From: a virus
Lineage: Duplodnaviria > Caudoviricetes
Direction: 5' to 3' (one strand)
Length of the DNA: 64,000 nt
Virus record (IMG/VR): IMGVR_UViG_3300014205_005221
Span: 96,001 to 160,000 of that record
Positions within the stretch are counted from its first letter, which is position 1. The number at the start of each line of letters is the position of its first letter. The notes under the pieces were generated by a model. It searched no databases. It had not been told where the DNA came from and worked only from the letters and a program-made list of their open reading frames with translations. Below, piece after piece: positions 56,558-64,000 of this stretch. A program made the translations under genes and the position numbers.

Positions 56558-56821
56558 TTAGGATTTATTGAGCTTCTTGGACATGCCAAACTGCTTTAAA
56601 GCTGCCTGAGGCGAATCAAACTTCTGCTTGTAATTGTCCCAGGATCCAGACCACTTGTCGCCAATACGCTTCACCACGGCCACCTTCGCGCCCTTGGCAT
56701 CCACGATCTGGCGCTGGCCCGGAGGAAGCGTCGGGTTGGACGCAAACCGATAGCCACTCGACGTTGTGGAATCCGCCGAGCTGTCCTTCTTCTTGTTCAC
56801 CCACGGAGGTGCGGCGCCCAT
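56558..56821 (-). CDS. Hypothetical basic protein
   Basis: 87 aa, coupled. Confidence 0.6.
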   Translation of the reverse strand: MGAAPPWVNKKKDSSADSTTSSGYRFASNPTLPPGQRQIVDAKGAKVAVVKRIGDKWSGSWDNYKQKFDSPQAALKQFGMSKKLNKS

Positions 56822-57699
56822 CAGCCGTTGCCCTTCGATTTGGGCGCCTTGGCCGGGTTCTTGATCGGCCCCTGCGCGATGTACTGCCGATAGAGACGCT
56901 TCACAGAGGCGGGAACCATCGCCGTAAGCCCGAGAGCCTGCGCCGCCTTCACCACCTCAGCTGCAGCAGCCCCACGCTTGCCATCCGGCAACCGCTCAAT
57001 CTGTCCGAGAGCGCTTTTCAGCTTTCCCTCATTGCCGATGTCCCCAAAAACCTTGCCGCCCTTGTACGTCTTCTCTCGGGCAACGTCTTTGAGCGAGGAA
57101 CGAAGCTTGTCCGCAGTGGCCTTAGCCCCTGCCGAACTACCTGTCTTCGCTACGGTCTTCAGAGCATCGCCACCAGGGGCACCCTGACCCAGCTGCGTGC
57201 CGATCGGCTTCCGATACCGACGAGCACCCGCCATCGTGCGAACCCGAGCCAGCGCGATCTCTTCGCTGTCACCGGTAGACGCCTTGCGCAATTCGAGAAC
57301 GCCCGACAACGCGCCCGCACGGCGTGACGCTGACGCGGCCACGAACTCCATACGAACCTTCTGCGGCGCGCCGAACTTCACATCGTCAACCGACGTGCCC
57401 GGAGCAGCCACGGTGTAGGGAATCCGCAAGAATCCCTCAGATTCGGAGTCATCACACGAAACAATGACGTGATCAGTCCACAACTCTTTAATGTACGCAT
57501 GCATCAAAGGGTCGCGAACAACTCGCTCTGGCTCAATCTCATCTGAGACAGCATGCAAGGTGGACTTATACGCTTCCCTGCGACGCTGCCTCAGTGCATA
57601 CCACGCAGACCGCACCAACTCAGTGTTAAACCGAGAAACTGGTGCGGCCTGCGCCGCAGCAACTTTCTGCAGCGCCGTTAAATCCGACGCCTCAGACAT
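56821..57699 (-). CDS. Hypothetical protein, possibly head-associated
   Basis: 292 aa; RVRTMAGARRYRKPIG motif. Confidence 0.65.
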   Translation of the reverse strand: MSEASDLTALQKVAAAQAAPVSRFNTELVRSAWYALRQRRREAYKSTLHAVSDEIEPERVVRDPLMHAYIKELWTDHVIVSCDDSESEGFLRIPYTVAAPGTSVDDVKFGAPQKVRMEFVAASASRRAGALSGVLELRKASTGDSEEIALARVRTMAGARRYRKPIGTQLGQGAPGGDALKTVAKTGSSAGAKATADKLRSSLKDVAREKTYKGGKVFGDIGNEGKLKSALGQIERLPDGKRGAAAAEVVKAAQALGLTAMVPASVKRLYRQYIAQGPIKNPAKAPKSKGNG

Positions 57700-57702
57700 G
57701 TG

Positions 57703-58032
57703 TCAGCTCTTGCCCGGGAGGCGAGTAGCGCCAGCCTTGGTAGTGGACTCACTGGAGTGGGTCAACTCACCGGTGTCACGATCCAGCGTGTGCTGCTGAA
57801 CGCGGTCGCCGGGGCGCGGGTTGTCGGTCATGACGGTCACCCAGTCATCGCCAACCTTGCGCTCCACGAGAACCGAGCCCTCATAGCGAGTGTGGCCCGC
57901 GAACTCGCCATCCTCAGAGACGTTGTCGCCCTCCTGCGGGAAATCCCCGGAGACGACCTTGTCGCCGCTGTGAACAGCCTTAGTGGCGGAGCCAGCCTTC
58001 TGAGCTGGGGTCCTCTTGTCATCGTCGGCCAT
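57703..58032 (-). CDS. Hypothetical protein
   Basis: 109 aa; AGGAG RBS. Confidence 0.6.
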   Translation of the reverse strand: MADDDKRTPAQKAGSATKAVHSGDKVVSGDFPQEGDNVSEDGEFAGHTRYEGSVLVERKVGDDWVTVMTDNPRPGDRVQQHTLDRDTGELTHSSESTTKAGATRLPGKS

Positions 58033-58094
58033 CAGGCACTCCTAGTCGATCTAGAAAACTCGACACCCGAGCAGGCGGATGCCGTGGCACTGAA

Positions 58095-58101
58095 GTCTTC
58101 G
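58095..58101 (-). promoter_or_regulatory. Putative late promoter CGAAGAC
   Basis: Intergenic, upstream of the gene starting at 58032. Confidence 0.5.
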
Positions 58102-58144
58102 ACGCGAAGGACAGATCCATGACAAAGTCAGCAATGACTGACTA

Positions 58145-58819
58145 TCAGAAGCCCATCAGGAAAAAGTCACCGGTGATTTCTGTAGCAGCGACGGGAGTGG
58201 GATCGAGCGCGAACCGCATGTTGGCCCACACCGCACCAGAAGCAGATGTCATGTTTGTAGTTCCGGTAGATCCTGCAGAACCGATTACCTTACACGCAGC
58301 TCCGTGACTCGCATCGTTACCAACGATAGAGTCGTAGTTAGAGCCACCGTACATAATGGTTGCAGAGTTTGTAACTGTGCTGTTTACACCATTGTCAAAC
58401 TGACTCCACAACCACACGGCCATTGAGCCCGGGTCAGTAATAGTCATTGCGGCACCGGTCATCGTGACGCCCGAACCGTTTGTTGCGCTAGGCGCCACTT
58501 CAAACGGATTTGCACGGACGGGGACACCCGAGAACGCCGACAAAATGCCCCAGCCTCCCGCAGTGTTCGTGGTTACCGCAGGAGAAGTCTGCCCAGACGC
58601 GGCAAACTTCCAAAACATTGCAGTTCTATATGTATTAGCAGTGTTAGCAATAGTTACGCCAGCATTCCAACCTGAAGGCGTAGCAATTGTCGCAGATGAG
58701 CTATGTGTAATATGCGCGCACAGAAAATCATTGATCTGCCACCCGGAAGGCATAGCCGGAGTAGTGGTTCCCGACGTGCCCTCAAATCGAGCACTCGCAG
58801 AACGAAACGCGATAGCCAT
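58145..58819 (-). CDS. Virion fibre-tip/minor structural protein
   Basis: MAIAFRSA...PSGW...D.L...TPSGW; Ser/Thr-rich beta protein. Confidence 0.65.
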   Translation of the reverse strand: MAIAFRSASARFEGTSGTTTPAMPSGWQINDFLCAHITHSSSATIATPSGWNAGVTIANTANTYRTAMFWKFAASGQTSPAVTTNTAGGWGILSAFSGVPVRANPFEVAPSATNGSGVTMTGAAMTITDPGSMAVWLWSQFDNGVNSTVTNSATIMYGGSNYDSIVGNDASHGAACKVIGSAGSTGTTNMTSASGAVWANMRFALDPTPVAATEITGDFFLMGF

Positions 58820-58822
58820 CTG

Positions 58823-60991
58823 TCAGCTCTGAATCTGAGCGGCCAGCACGAACCATCCGGTACCCGATCGGTTCCGTAGTCCGAGGAACAGTCGCTTGTT
58901 GATGGGGACGGCAATCGGAGTAGCGATGCCAGACGTCAGCAGCAACGAACCATTCAAAGTCAACGTGAGCGCGGCGTTGGCGGTGATTTCGTAGTTAATC
59001 TGATCACCATCAATTCCCTGAGTGGGAACTGCCAATGTAGCAGTGGCACCAGTGGTAGTTACTCGATACACAGTGGCAATAGTGGAATCTACGTTAATAG
59101 TTCCACCGTTAGCAACGTTAGAAAGAGTGGTAATTACCGGCTCTACACGACCGCCAACAATATGCCAGTTTGCACCGTCTGAAATAACCTCACGGAACCC
59201 ACCAGACATTGAAATTACTTCAGTAAGCTGTCCGTCAATAGTTTCGGTGCCGTTAGGGTCGATAGTCAACGCATTCGCGACACTACCGGCCAACTTCTTG
59301 ATGATGAACCGACGACCCGTACGGCCAGCCGCCGTAGGAAGGGTCGCAGTCATTGCGGCAGATGCTGTGTTGAAAACAACTACGCCATCAGTATCTACAA
59401 GAGTATAGCTAGCAGTCTTAACCGAGTACGGGCCTAAAATCAGCTGATAGTTTGTGTGATCGTTAGCAGCTGGATTAACGTGATCATCAAAAGTGACTTT
59501 AGGCGTGTAATACGAAACCAACGAGTCCGGCTGACCCGGGGAATGCGAAAACGCGTGTGTCGTAGGAACACGTGCGTTGGTCATACGAGAGTCATCACCG
59601 GCAGCCACGGTGCTCGCCGCCGTGCCCACCGGAAGGTTTCCGTAGGGAACCTTGGACGACCCATCCAACGGCGCGTACCCCGACGCCGCACCACGAGCCG
59701 ACAAATCCTGCTTCAGGTTCAAAGCGGTCTGTTCCGCTGTAGAAATTGGCTTGTTAGCATCAGAAGTATTGTCGACGTTACCCAGTCCCACATCGCCCTT
59801 GGCAAGGGCAAGAGTGGCTTTCAGCTGCGCAGGAGTACGCGACGACCATGCACCCGCAACGGACTGAACAACATTATCTGTTGTGGCAGTAAGCGCTGCA
59901 ATCGCCGTAAGATCAGCATCAAGAGGCTGCTTACCATCCAAAGCAGTCTGCTGTGCAGACGATACCGGCTTATTGGCATCTGAGGTGTTGTCAACGTTTC
60001 CAAGACCAACATGAGTCTTGGTAATTCCCGTAGGCGTACCGGTAAACGCAGGTGACGCCAGCGGAGCCTTCAAGTCCAAAGCGCTCTGCGTAGCCGAAGA
60101 AACAGGCTTGGACGAATCCGAAGTGTTGTCGACGTTTCCAAGGCCGACGTCCGCCTTGACCAGACCAAGAGCAGTCTTGAACTGCGCGTAAGTCTTCTTA
60201 ATCCACCCGGCGCCGTCCGATGCAATTGCGCCAGCCGTAGACGCGTCGAGAGCAGCAATGGTTGTCAGATCAGAGTCTGACGCCTGCTTACCGTCCAGCG
60301 CGGTCTGCGTAGCAGAGCTGATCGGCTTATTTGCGTCAGACGTATTATCTACGTTACCCAGACCAACGTGTGTCTTGGTGATTCCCGTCGGAGTACCCGT
60401 GAATGCGGGAGAGGCAAGAGGCGCCTTCAAATCCAGCGCACTCTGCTGTGCGGACGACACCGGCTTCGAAGCGTCAGCCGTGTTGTCAACGTTTGCGAGT
60501 CCCACATCAGACTTGGACAACGCCAGCGACGTCTTCAGCTGAGCCGGAGTCCGAGACGCCCACGCAGAACCGACTGACTGAATTACGTTATCAGTAGTGG
60601 CTGTGAGTCCAGCAATAGTGGTCAAGTCAGAATCTAACGGCTGCTTGCCGTCTAAAGCGGTCTGCTGCGCAGAAGATACAGGCTTAGCAGAGTCCGCCGT
60701 ATTATCCACATTGCCAAGGCCAACATCGCTCTTGACCAAACCCAGCGTCGCTTTGAGCTGAGCAGGCGTACGTGACGCCCACGAAGAACCGACTGACTGC
60801 AGCACATTGTTCGTGGTCGCAGTCAGTCCGGCGATAGTCGTCAGGTCAGAATCGAGAGCCTGCTTACCGTCAAGAGCGGTCTGTGTAGCAGAAGATACGG
60901 GCTTGTTGGCGTCAGAAGTATTATCTACGTTCCCTAACCCAACATCAGACTTATTCGGCAGCTCGTACTGAGCCTTCTTCAGCTTAGTCAT
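58823..60991 (-). CDS. Fibre protein with seven VGL(G/A)NVDNT repeats
   Basis: 722 aa; 7x K.xVGL(G/A)NVDNT.D..KP.S.A.Q.AL; C-terminal TLPTAAG...TIDPNGTETIDG. Confidence 0.85.
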   Translation of the reverse strand: MTKLKKAQYELPNKSDVGLGNVDNTSDANKPVSSATQTALDGKQALDSDLTTIAGLTATTNNVLQSVGSSWASRTPAQLKATLGLVKSDVGLGNVDNTADSAKPVSSAQQTALDGKQPLDSDLTTIAGLTATTDNVIQSVGSAWASRTPAQLKTSLALSKSDVGLANVDNTADASKPVSSAQQSALDLKAPLASPAFTGTPTGITKTHVGLGNVDNTSDANKPISSATQTALDGKQASDSDLTTIAALDASTAGAIASDGAGWIKKTYAQFKTALGLVKADVGLGNVDNTSDSSKPVSSATQSALDLKAPLASPAFTGTPTGITKTHVGLGNVDNTSDANKPVSSAQQTALDGKQPLDADLTAIAALTATTDNVVQSVAGAWSSRTPAQLKATLALAKGDVGLGNVDNTSDANKPISTAEQTALNLKQDLSARGAASGYAPLDGSSKVPYGNLPVGTAASTVAAGDDSRMTNARVPTTHAFSHSPGQPDSLVSYYTPKVTFDDHVNPAANDHTNYQLILGPYSVKTASYTLVDTDGVVVFNTASAAMTATLPTAAGRTGRRFIIKKLAGSVANALTIDPNGTETIDGQLTEVISMSGGFREVISDGANWHIVGGRVEPVITTLSNVANGGTINVDSTIATVYRVTTTGATATLAVPTQGIDGDQINYEITANAALTLTLNGSLLLTSGIATPIAVPINKRLFLGLRNRSGTGWFVLAAQIQS

Positions 60992-60999
60992 GCCGCTCC

Positions 61000-61602
61000 T
61001 TACAGCGCGTACATATTCAGAACGGCATCAGTCAGCGTTGGGCGCTCATTTCCGCTCAAGGCTGTGACGAGCGCACCCACCAGTCCGCTCAACAGGCCCT
61101 GTCCACTCATTCGGTACGCAGTAGACTTGATCTGCAACTGCGCGCCGTACTGGCGAACTGGTGCCGAGGAATACACCGGGTACTCGAAATGCACCGCTCC
61201 GTTGGGAGACACCACCTGATCCGGCATGTCCACCCGGCCCAAGGAATCCGGCAGCGGAAAATAGATAGGGGAGCCCGGGACAGGGCACATGAAACGAACC
61301 GACAGCTTCACGTACGTATTCTGAGTATTCAGAGCCATGGCAAGATCTAGGGAAATGCTATAGCTCTGTTCAGCAGTCATACTCTGATTCGGCCAAATAA
61401 GCTGATTTGTGTAATCATATCTAGAGACCGGAAACGTGTTCATGTCACGCGTAGACGCACCCGATGCAAACGGGATGACCTGCCAATCGCCAGTAAGCGT
61501 CAGCGGCGAAGCACGGTTCATCGAGACACGCTGTCGAGGTGTAGCCGGGAGCATGTCTTTCGCACGGTCCTGACTTGACACATATAAACGCATGTCAGCC
61601 AT
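61000..61602 (-). CDS. Hypothetical protein in fibre cluster
   Basis: 200 aa, coupled. Confidence 0.65.
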   Translation of the reverse strand: MADMRLYVSSQDRAKDMLPATPRQRVSMNRASPLTLTGDWQVIPFASGASTRDMNTFPVSRYDYTNQLIWPNQSMTAEQSYSISLDLAMALNTQNTYVKLSVRFMCPVPGSPIYFPLPDSLGRVDMPDQVVSPNGAVHFEYPVYSSAPVRQYGAQLQIKSTAYRMSGQGLLSGLVGALVTALSGNERPTLTDAVLNMYAL

Positions 61603-62525
61603 TACGCTGTCTCCGTTCCGAGCACACCGCCCGACATGAACAAGCGGTAATTCACTCCGCTAACGCGGTCCTTGAGGACCACACCTTTAGTTGCGTCCGT
61701 TACAGCAATGTCCTCGCTAAAAGACCCGGCAAACACAGCAGCCTTGGAATAGACGATCACGACCTTGTCGCCCGACACGAACGCACCCTCAGCGGGAGTG
61801 ACCTCTACCGTGGTCGATGTAGGCAATGTGTATTCCGACGTTTGCAACTGCTGACCATTCAGAAATACAAGCTGAACGCCGTAATTTGTCTGCGCAAGAG
61901 TAAAAGTTTTTGGAGTACCCGCAGTTGGTGAAAACGTCTCTACAGCATACGGCTGAAACGTATTGACCGTGTATGCACCAGCAGTTGCTGAAATAACAAT
62001 TTTATCAGTAGCATCGTTAGGCGCAATAGTGACGTTGGCTCCCGCCTCCAACGCCGCTCCCAGCGCATCTCGGGCACGCTCATCCGCGTCCGAGATGTTC
62101 AGCTTCAAATCAAAAGCAGTCTGCTGCGCAGTGCTTACCGGCTTATTGGCATCAGAAGTATTATCAACATTGCCGAGACCAACATCGCCCTTGGCAAGCG
62201 CCAGCGTGGCCTTAAGTTGCGCTGGCGTTCGACTAGCCCACGCCGACCCCACCGATTGAATAACATTACTTGTTGTAGCAGTGAGGCCAGCAATGGTTGT
62301 TAAATCAGAATCAACAGGCTGAGCACCAATATCGGCAGGACTCAACGCATCAGGACCGCCAATGGCGTGCGTTGATTTGTGAGCTTTGGGATCACGCGTA
62401 TCCGAAAGACGGGGATCATTGCCCTCTGCTGCCGTCCCGGCGGTAGATCCAAACGTCACCGATGCATCTGAACCATCCTCACCCGGAGGACCCTTCAGAT
62501 TCCCGCGTGCAGTCCACGTAGCCAC
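61602..62525 (-). CDS. Fibre-like protein
   Basis: GNDPRLSD, HKSTHAIGGPD, one DVGLGNVDNT repeat. Confidence 0.75.
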   Translation of the reverse strand: MATWTARGNLKGPPGEDGSDASVTFGSTAGTAAEGNDPRLSDTRDPKAHKSTHAIGGPDALSPADIGAQPVDSDLTTIAGLTATTSNVIQSVGSAWASRTPAQLKATLALAKGDVGLGNVDNTSDANKPVSTAQQTAFDLKLNISDADERARDALGAALEAGANVTIAPNDATDKIVISATAGAYTVNTFQPYAVETFSPTAGTPKTFTLAQTNYGVQLVFLNGQQLQTSEYTLPTSTTVEVTPAEGAFVSGDKVVIVYSKAAVFAGSFSEDIAVTDATKGVVLKDRVSGVNYRLFMSGGVLGTETA

Positions 62526-62554
62526 GTACTACTCCAGGTATCAGTAACTACGAA

Positions 62555-63121
62555 TCAGGGAGTGCGCTCGTAGTATGTTCCGGTAACAGAATCCAGATAC
62601 CAGTCGCCTACAGCCTGACCAGAGATGGTGCCCGGAACGCCAGCATCGGAATACCACTGAGACCCACGAACACCCGCAGATCCCGTATCACCGGTGTCAC
62701 CCTTCACACCCTGAATACCCTGGATTCCCTGATCACCCTGATCGCCCTTGGGGCCTGTAGCGCCGGTGTTACCTGGCACGCCCTGGATACCCTGCGCACC
62801 CGTGGCACCCGTGGAGCCCTGCACACCCTGAGGACCCTGTGGGCCTCGAAAGGCCACACCAGAACCGTCAGCCGGGAAGCTGGTGCCGCCCCAGACGTAG
62901 AGCTTGCCGTCCGCCTCTACCAGGTAGCCCTTACCGCGATCAGCAAGAGTGTCTTCCAGGTCATCCGGAAGATCCGCATACGTGGGAACCGTTCCGGCAA
63001 TGGCGACACCCGCGCCATCCTCACCCGGAACACCCTGGATACCTTGAATACCCTGGGCTCCCTGAGGACCCTGATCTCCTTGCGGTCCCTTGATGTTACC
63101 GCGCTGAGTCCACGTGGCCAT
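62555..63121 (-). CDS. Collagen-like fibre protein
   Basis: Two GXY tracts; GDWYLDSVTG. Confidence 0.8.
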   Translation of the reverse strand: MATWTQRGNIKGPQGDQGPQGAQGIQGIQGVPGEDGAGVAIAGTVPTYADLPDDLEDTLADRGKGYLVEADGKLYVWGGTSFPADGSGVAFRGPQGPQGVQGSTGATGAQGIQGVPGNTGATGPKGDQGDQGIQGIQGVKGDTGDTGSAGVRGSQWYSDAGVPGTISGQAVGDWYLDSVTGTYYERTP

Positions 63122-63124
63122 GAA

Positions 63125-63361
63125 CTACACTCCCTCATTCAATTCAAACACGTCGCCAGTAATTGTGTCCCAGTAGAAATCGCCTACCTGGGCACCAATA
63201 ATCAAATCCGGAGGCGGGCCCTCACCCTGCCACCAACGCTCTCCATATCGAGTACCGGTGCCGCTGTTGACAGGAACTACAGCGACAGAGTCGTGACTAT
63301 TAATTCGGACAACGGTCGTAGGTGACCGCTCTCCTACGCGGATGATCTGAATATGGCTCAT
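63125..63361 (-). CDS. Small fibre-associated protein
   Basis: WWQGEGPP...GDFYWDTITGDVF. Confidence 0.7.
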   Translation of the reverse strand: MSHIQIIRVGERSPTTVVRINSHDSVAVVPVNSGTGTRYGERWWQGEGPPPDLIIGAQVGDFYWDTITGDVFELNEGV

Positions 63362-63765
63362 GCGCGGGTGACGTCCCGCGTGCCCGTGATCCGGCCCGAG
63401 ACCAAAGTGTGCCGTTCCACGTTTGTGCCGGAGCCGCGCTCGATTTCAATATCGAAATCCGCCGAAAACGGATCCCAGCTTTGCGACGCGGACGCTGTAT
63501 GGACAAGCTGCACGGTCGACGTTTCACCAGTAGATCCGTCATTGCCGTACACAACCTGAGCGCGCCCGAGAATTACGCGCTGATTCCCGGTACTCCATTC
63601 CTGGACCGGAGAGCTATCCGTGGGAAGCCGCTTGGCCTGGCAACGGACGACCCACCCGCCAACACCGAGATCGACAGGAAGATCGTCAATAAGCACCGCC
63701 CACACGGGAGAACTCCACGTGTCACCCAACCGGAAACTAAGTTTAATGTTTTCCAAAGTTGACAC
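63358..63765 (-). CDS. Fibre attachment/baseplate-upper-like protein
   Basis: GTG 63765 with AGGGAG RBS; GDTW...PVDL...FDIEI...TLVSG.I...DVTR. Confidence 0.6.
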   Translation of the reverse strand: MSTLENIKLSFRLGDTWSSPVWAVLIDDLPVDLGVGGWVVRCQAKRLPTDSSPVQEWSTGNQRVILGRAQVVYGNDGSTGETSTVQLVHTASASQSWDPFSADFDIEIERGSGTNVERHTLVSGRITGTRDVTRA

Positions 63766-63791
63766 TAGATACTCCCTGATCGCTCGCCAAA

Positions 63792-63798
63792 GTCTTCG
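63792..63798 (-). promoter_or_regulatory. Putative late promoter CGAAGAC
   Basis: Immediately after the upstream stop, at the head of the fibre cluster. Confidence 0.5.
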
Positions 63799-63799
63799 A

Positions 63800-64000
63800 C
63801 TATGCGAGCTTTTTAGCAGGGCTGCTAGGAGGGGCAAACGCCCGCCGACGCATCTCCGCGCGCTCCCTACTCATCCAGCGGTCGGGATCGAAACCCCACT
63901 TTTCCGCGTCCCACTCAGTAGCTCGATGCTGAATGTCCCACCATTGATCCAGCAAACTATCTATAACGTCGGGACGAGTTGCGTCTTTGATCTGATCAGC
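63800..64000 (-). CDS. 3' end of hypothetical protein (partial)
   Basis: Open frame ADQIKDATRPDVIDSLLDQWW...KKLA* not in track. Confidence 0.55.
   Translation of the reverse strand, partial: ADQIKDATRPDVIDSLLDQWWDIQHRATEWDAEKWGFDPDRWMSRERAEMRRRAFAPPSSPAKKLA

Noticed and set aside
58823-62525. Fibre repeats as diversity-generating retroelement TR/VR
   Set aside because: Repeats are in-frame protein repeats differing largely at synonymous positions; no reverse transcriptase in the window
1-64000. tRNA/rRNA genes, integrase/att sites, host chromosomal genes
   Set aside because: None recognisable by eye; prophage versus free phage and lifestyle cannot be determined from this window

Overview
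A 64-kb, GC-rich segment of a large actinobacterial tailed phage (siphovirus-type). All credible genes lie on the minus strand, and the long plus-strand ORFs are antisense shadows. In transcription order (64000 to 1) the window contains: a fibre/collagen gene cluster (63.8-58.1 kb); hypotheticals; a membrane-protein cassette ending in a secreted APETG-motif protein plus a class F sortase; an HExxH protein; terminase large subunit; Mu-type portal; a 3121-aa MuF fusion carrying Nudix, HipA/PI3K-like kinase and a probable ADP-ribosyltransferase-like C-terminus, followed by two small candidate immunity genes; protease/scaffold, decoration protein and major capsid. Next is a ~9.6-kb terminator-bounded accessory island of ~28 small genes punctuated by a repeated 18-bp GGGTAGRACHCTGACATG start-associated element. 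It is followed by holin-like genes; head-tail connectors; a glycosyltransferase; an HNH gene; tail tube; frameshifted tail chaperones; a 3292-aa tape measure (NlpC/P60, SLT-like, 2x LysM); Dit/hub proteins; and a >1566-aa tail spike with a C-terminal S74-like chaperone running off the left edge. A second motif (CGAAGAC-N6/7-start) marks the starts of structural modules and looks like a late promoter. I found no integrase, endolysin, tRNA, rRNA or CRISPR. All assignments come from motif recognition by eye; no database searches were run.
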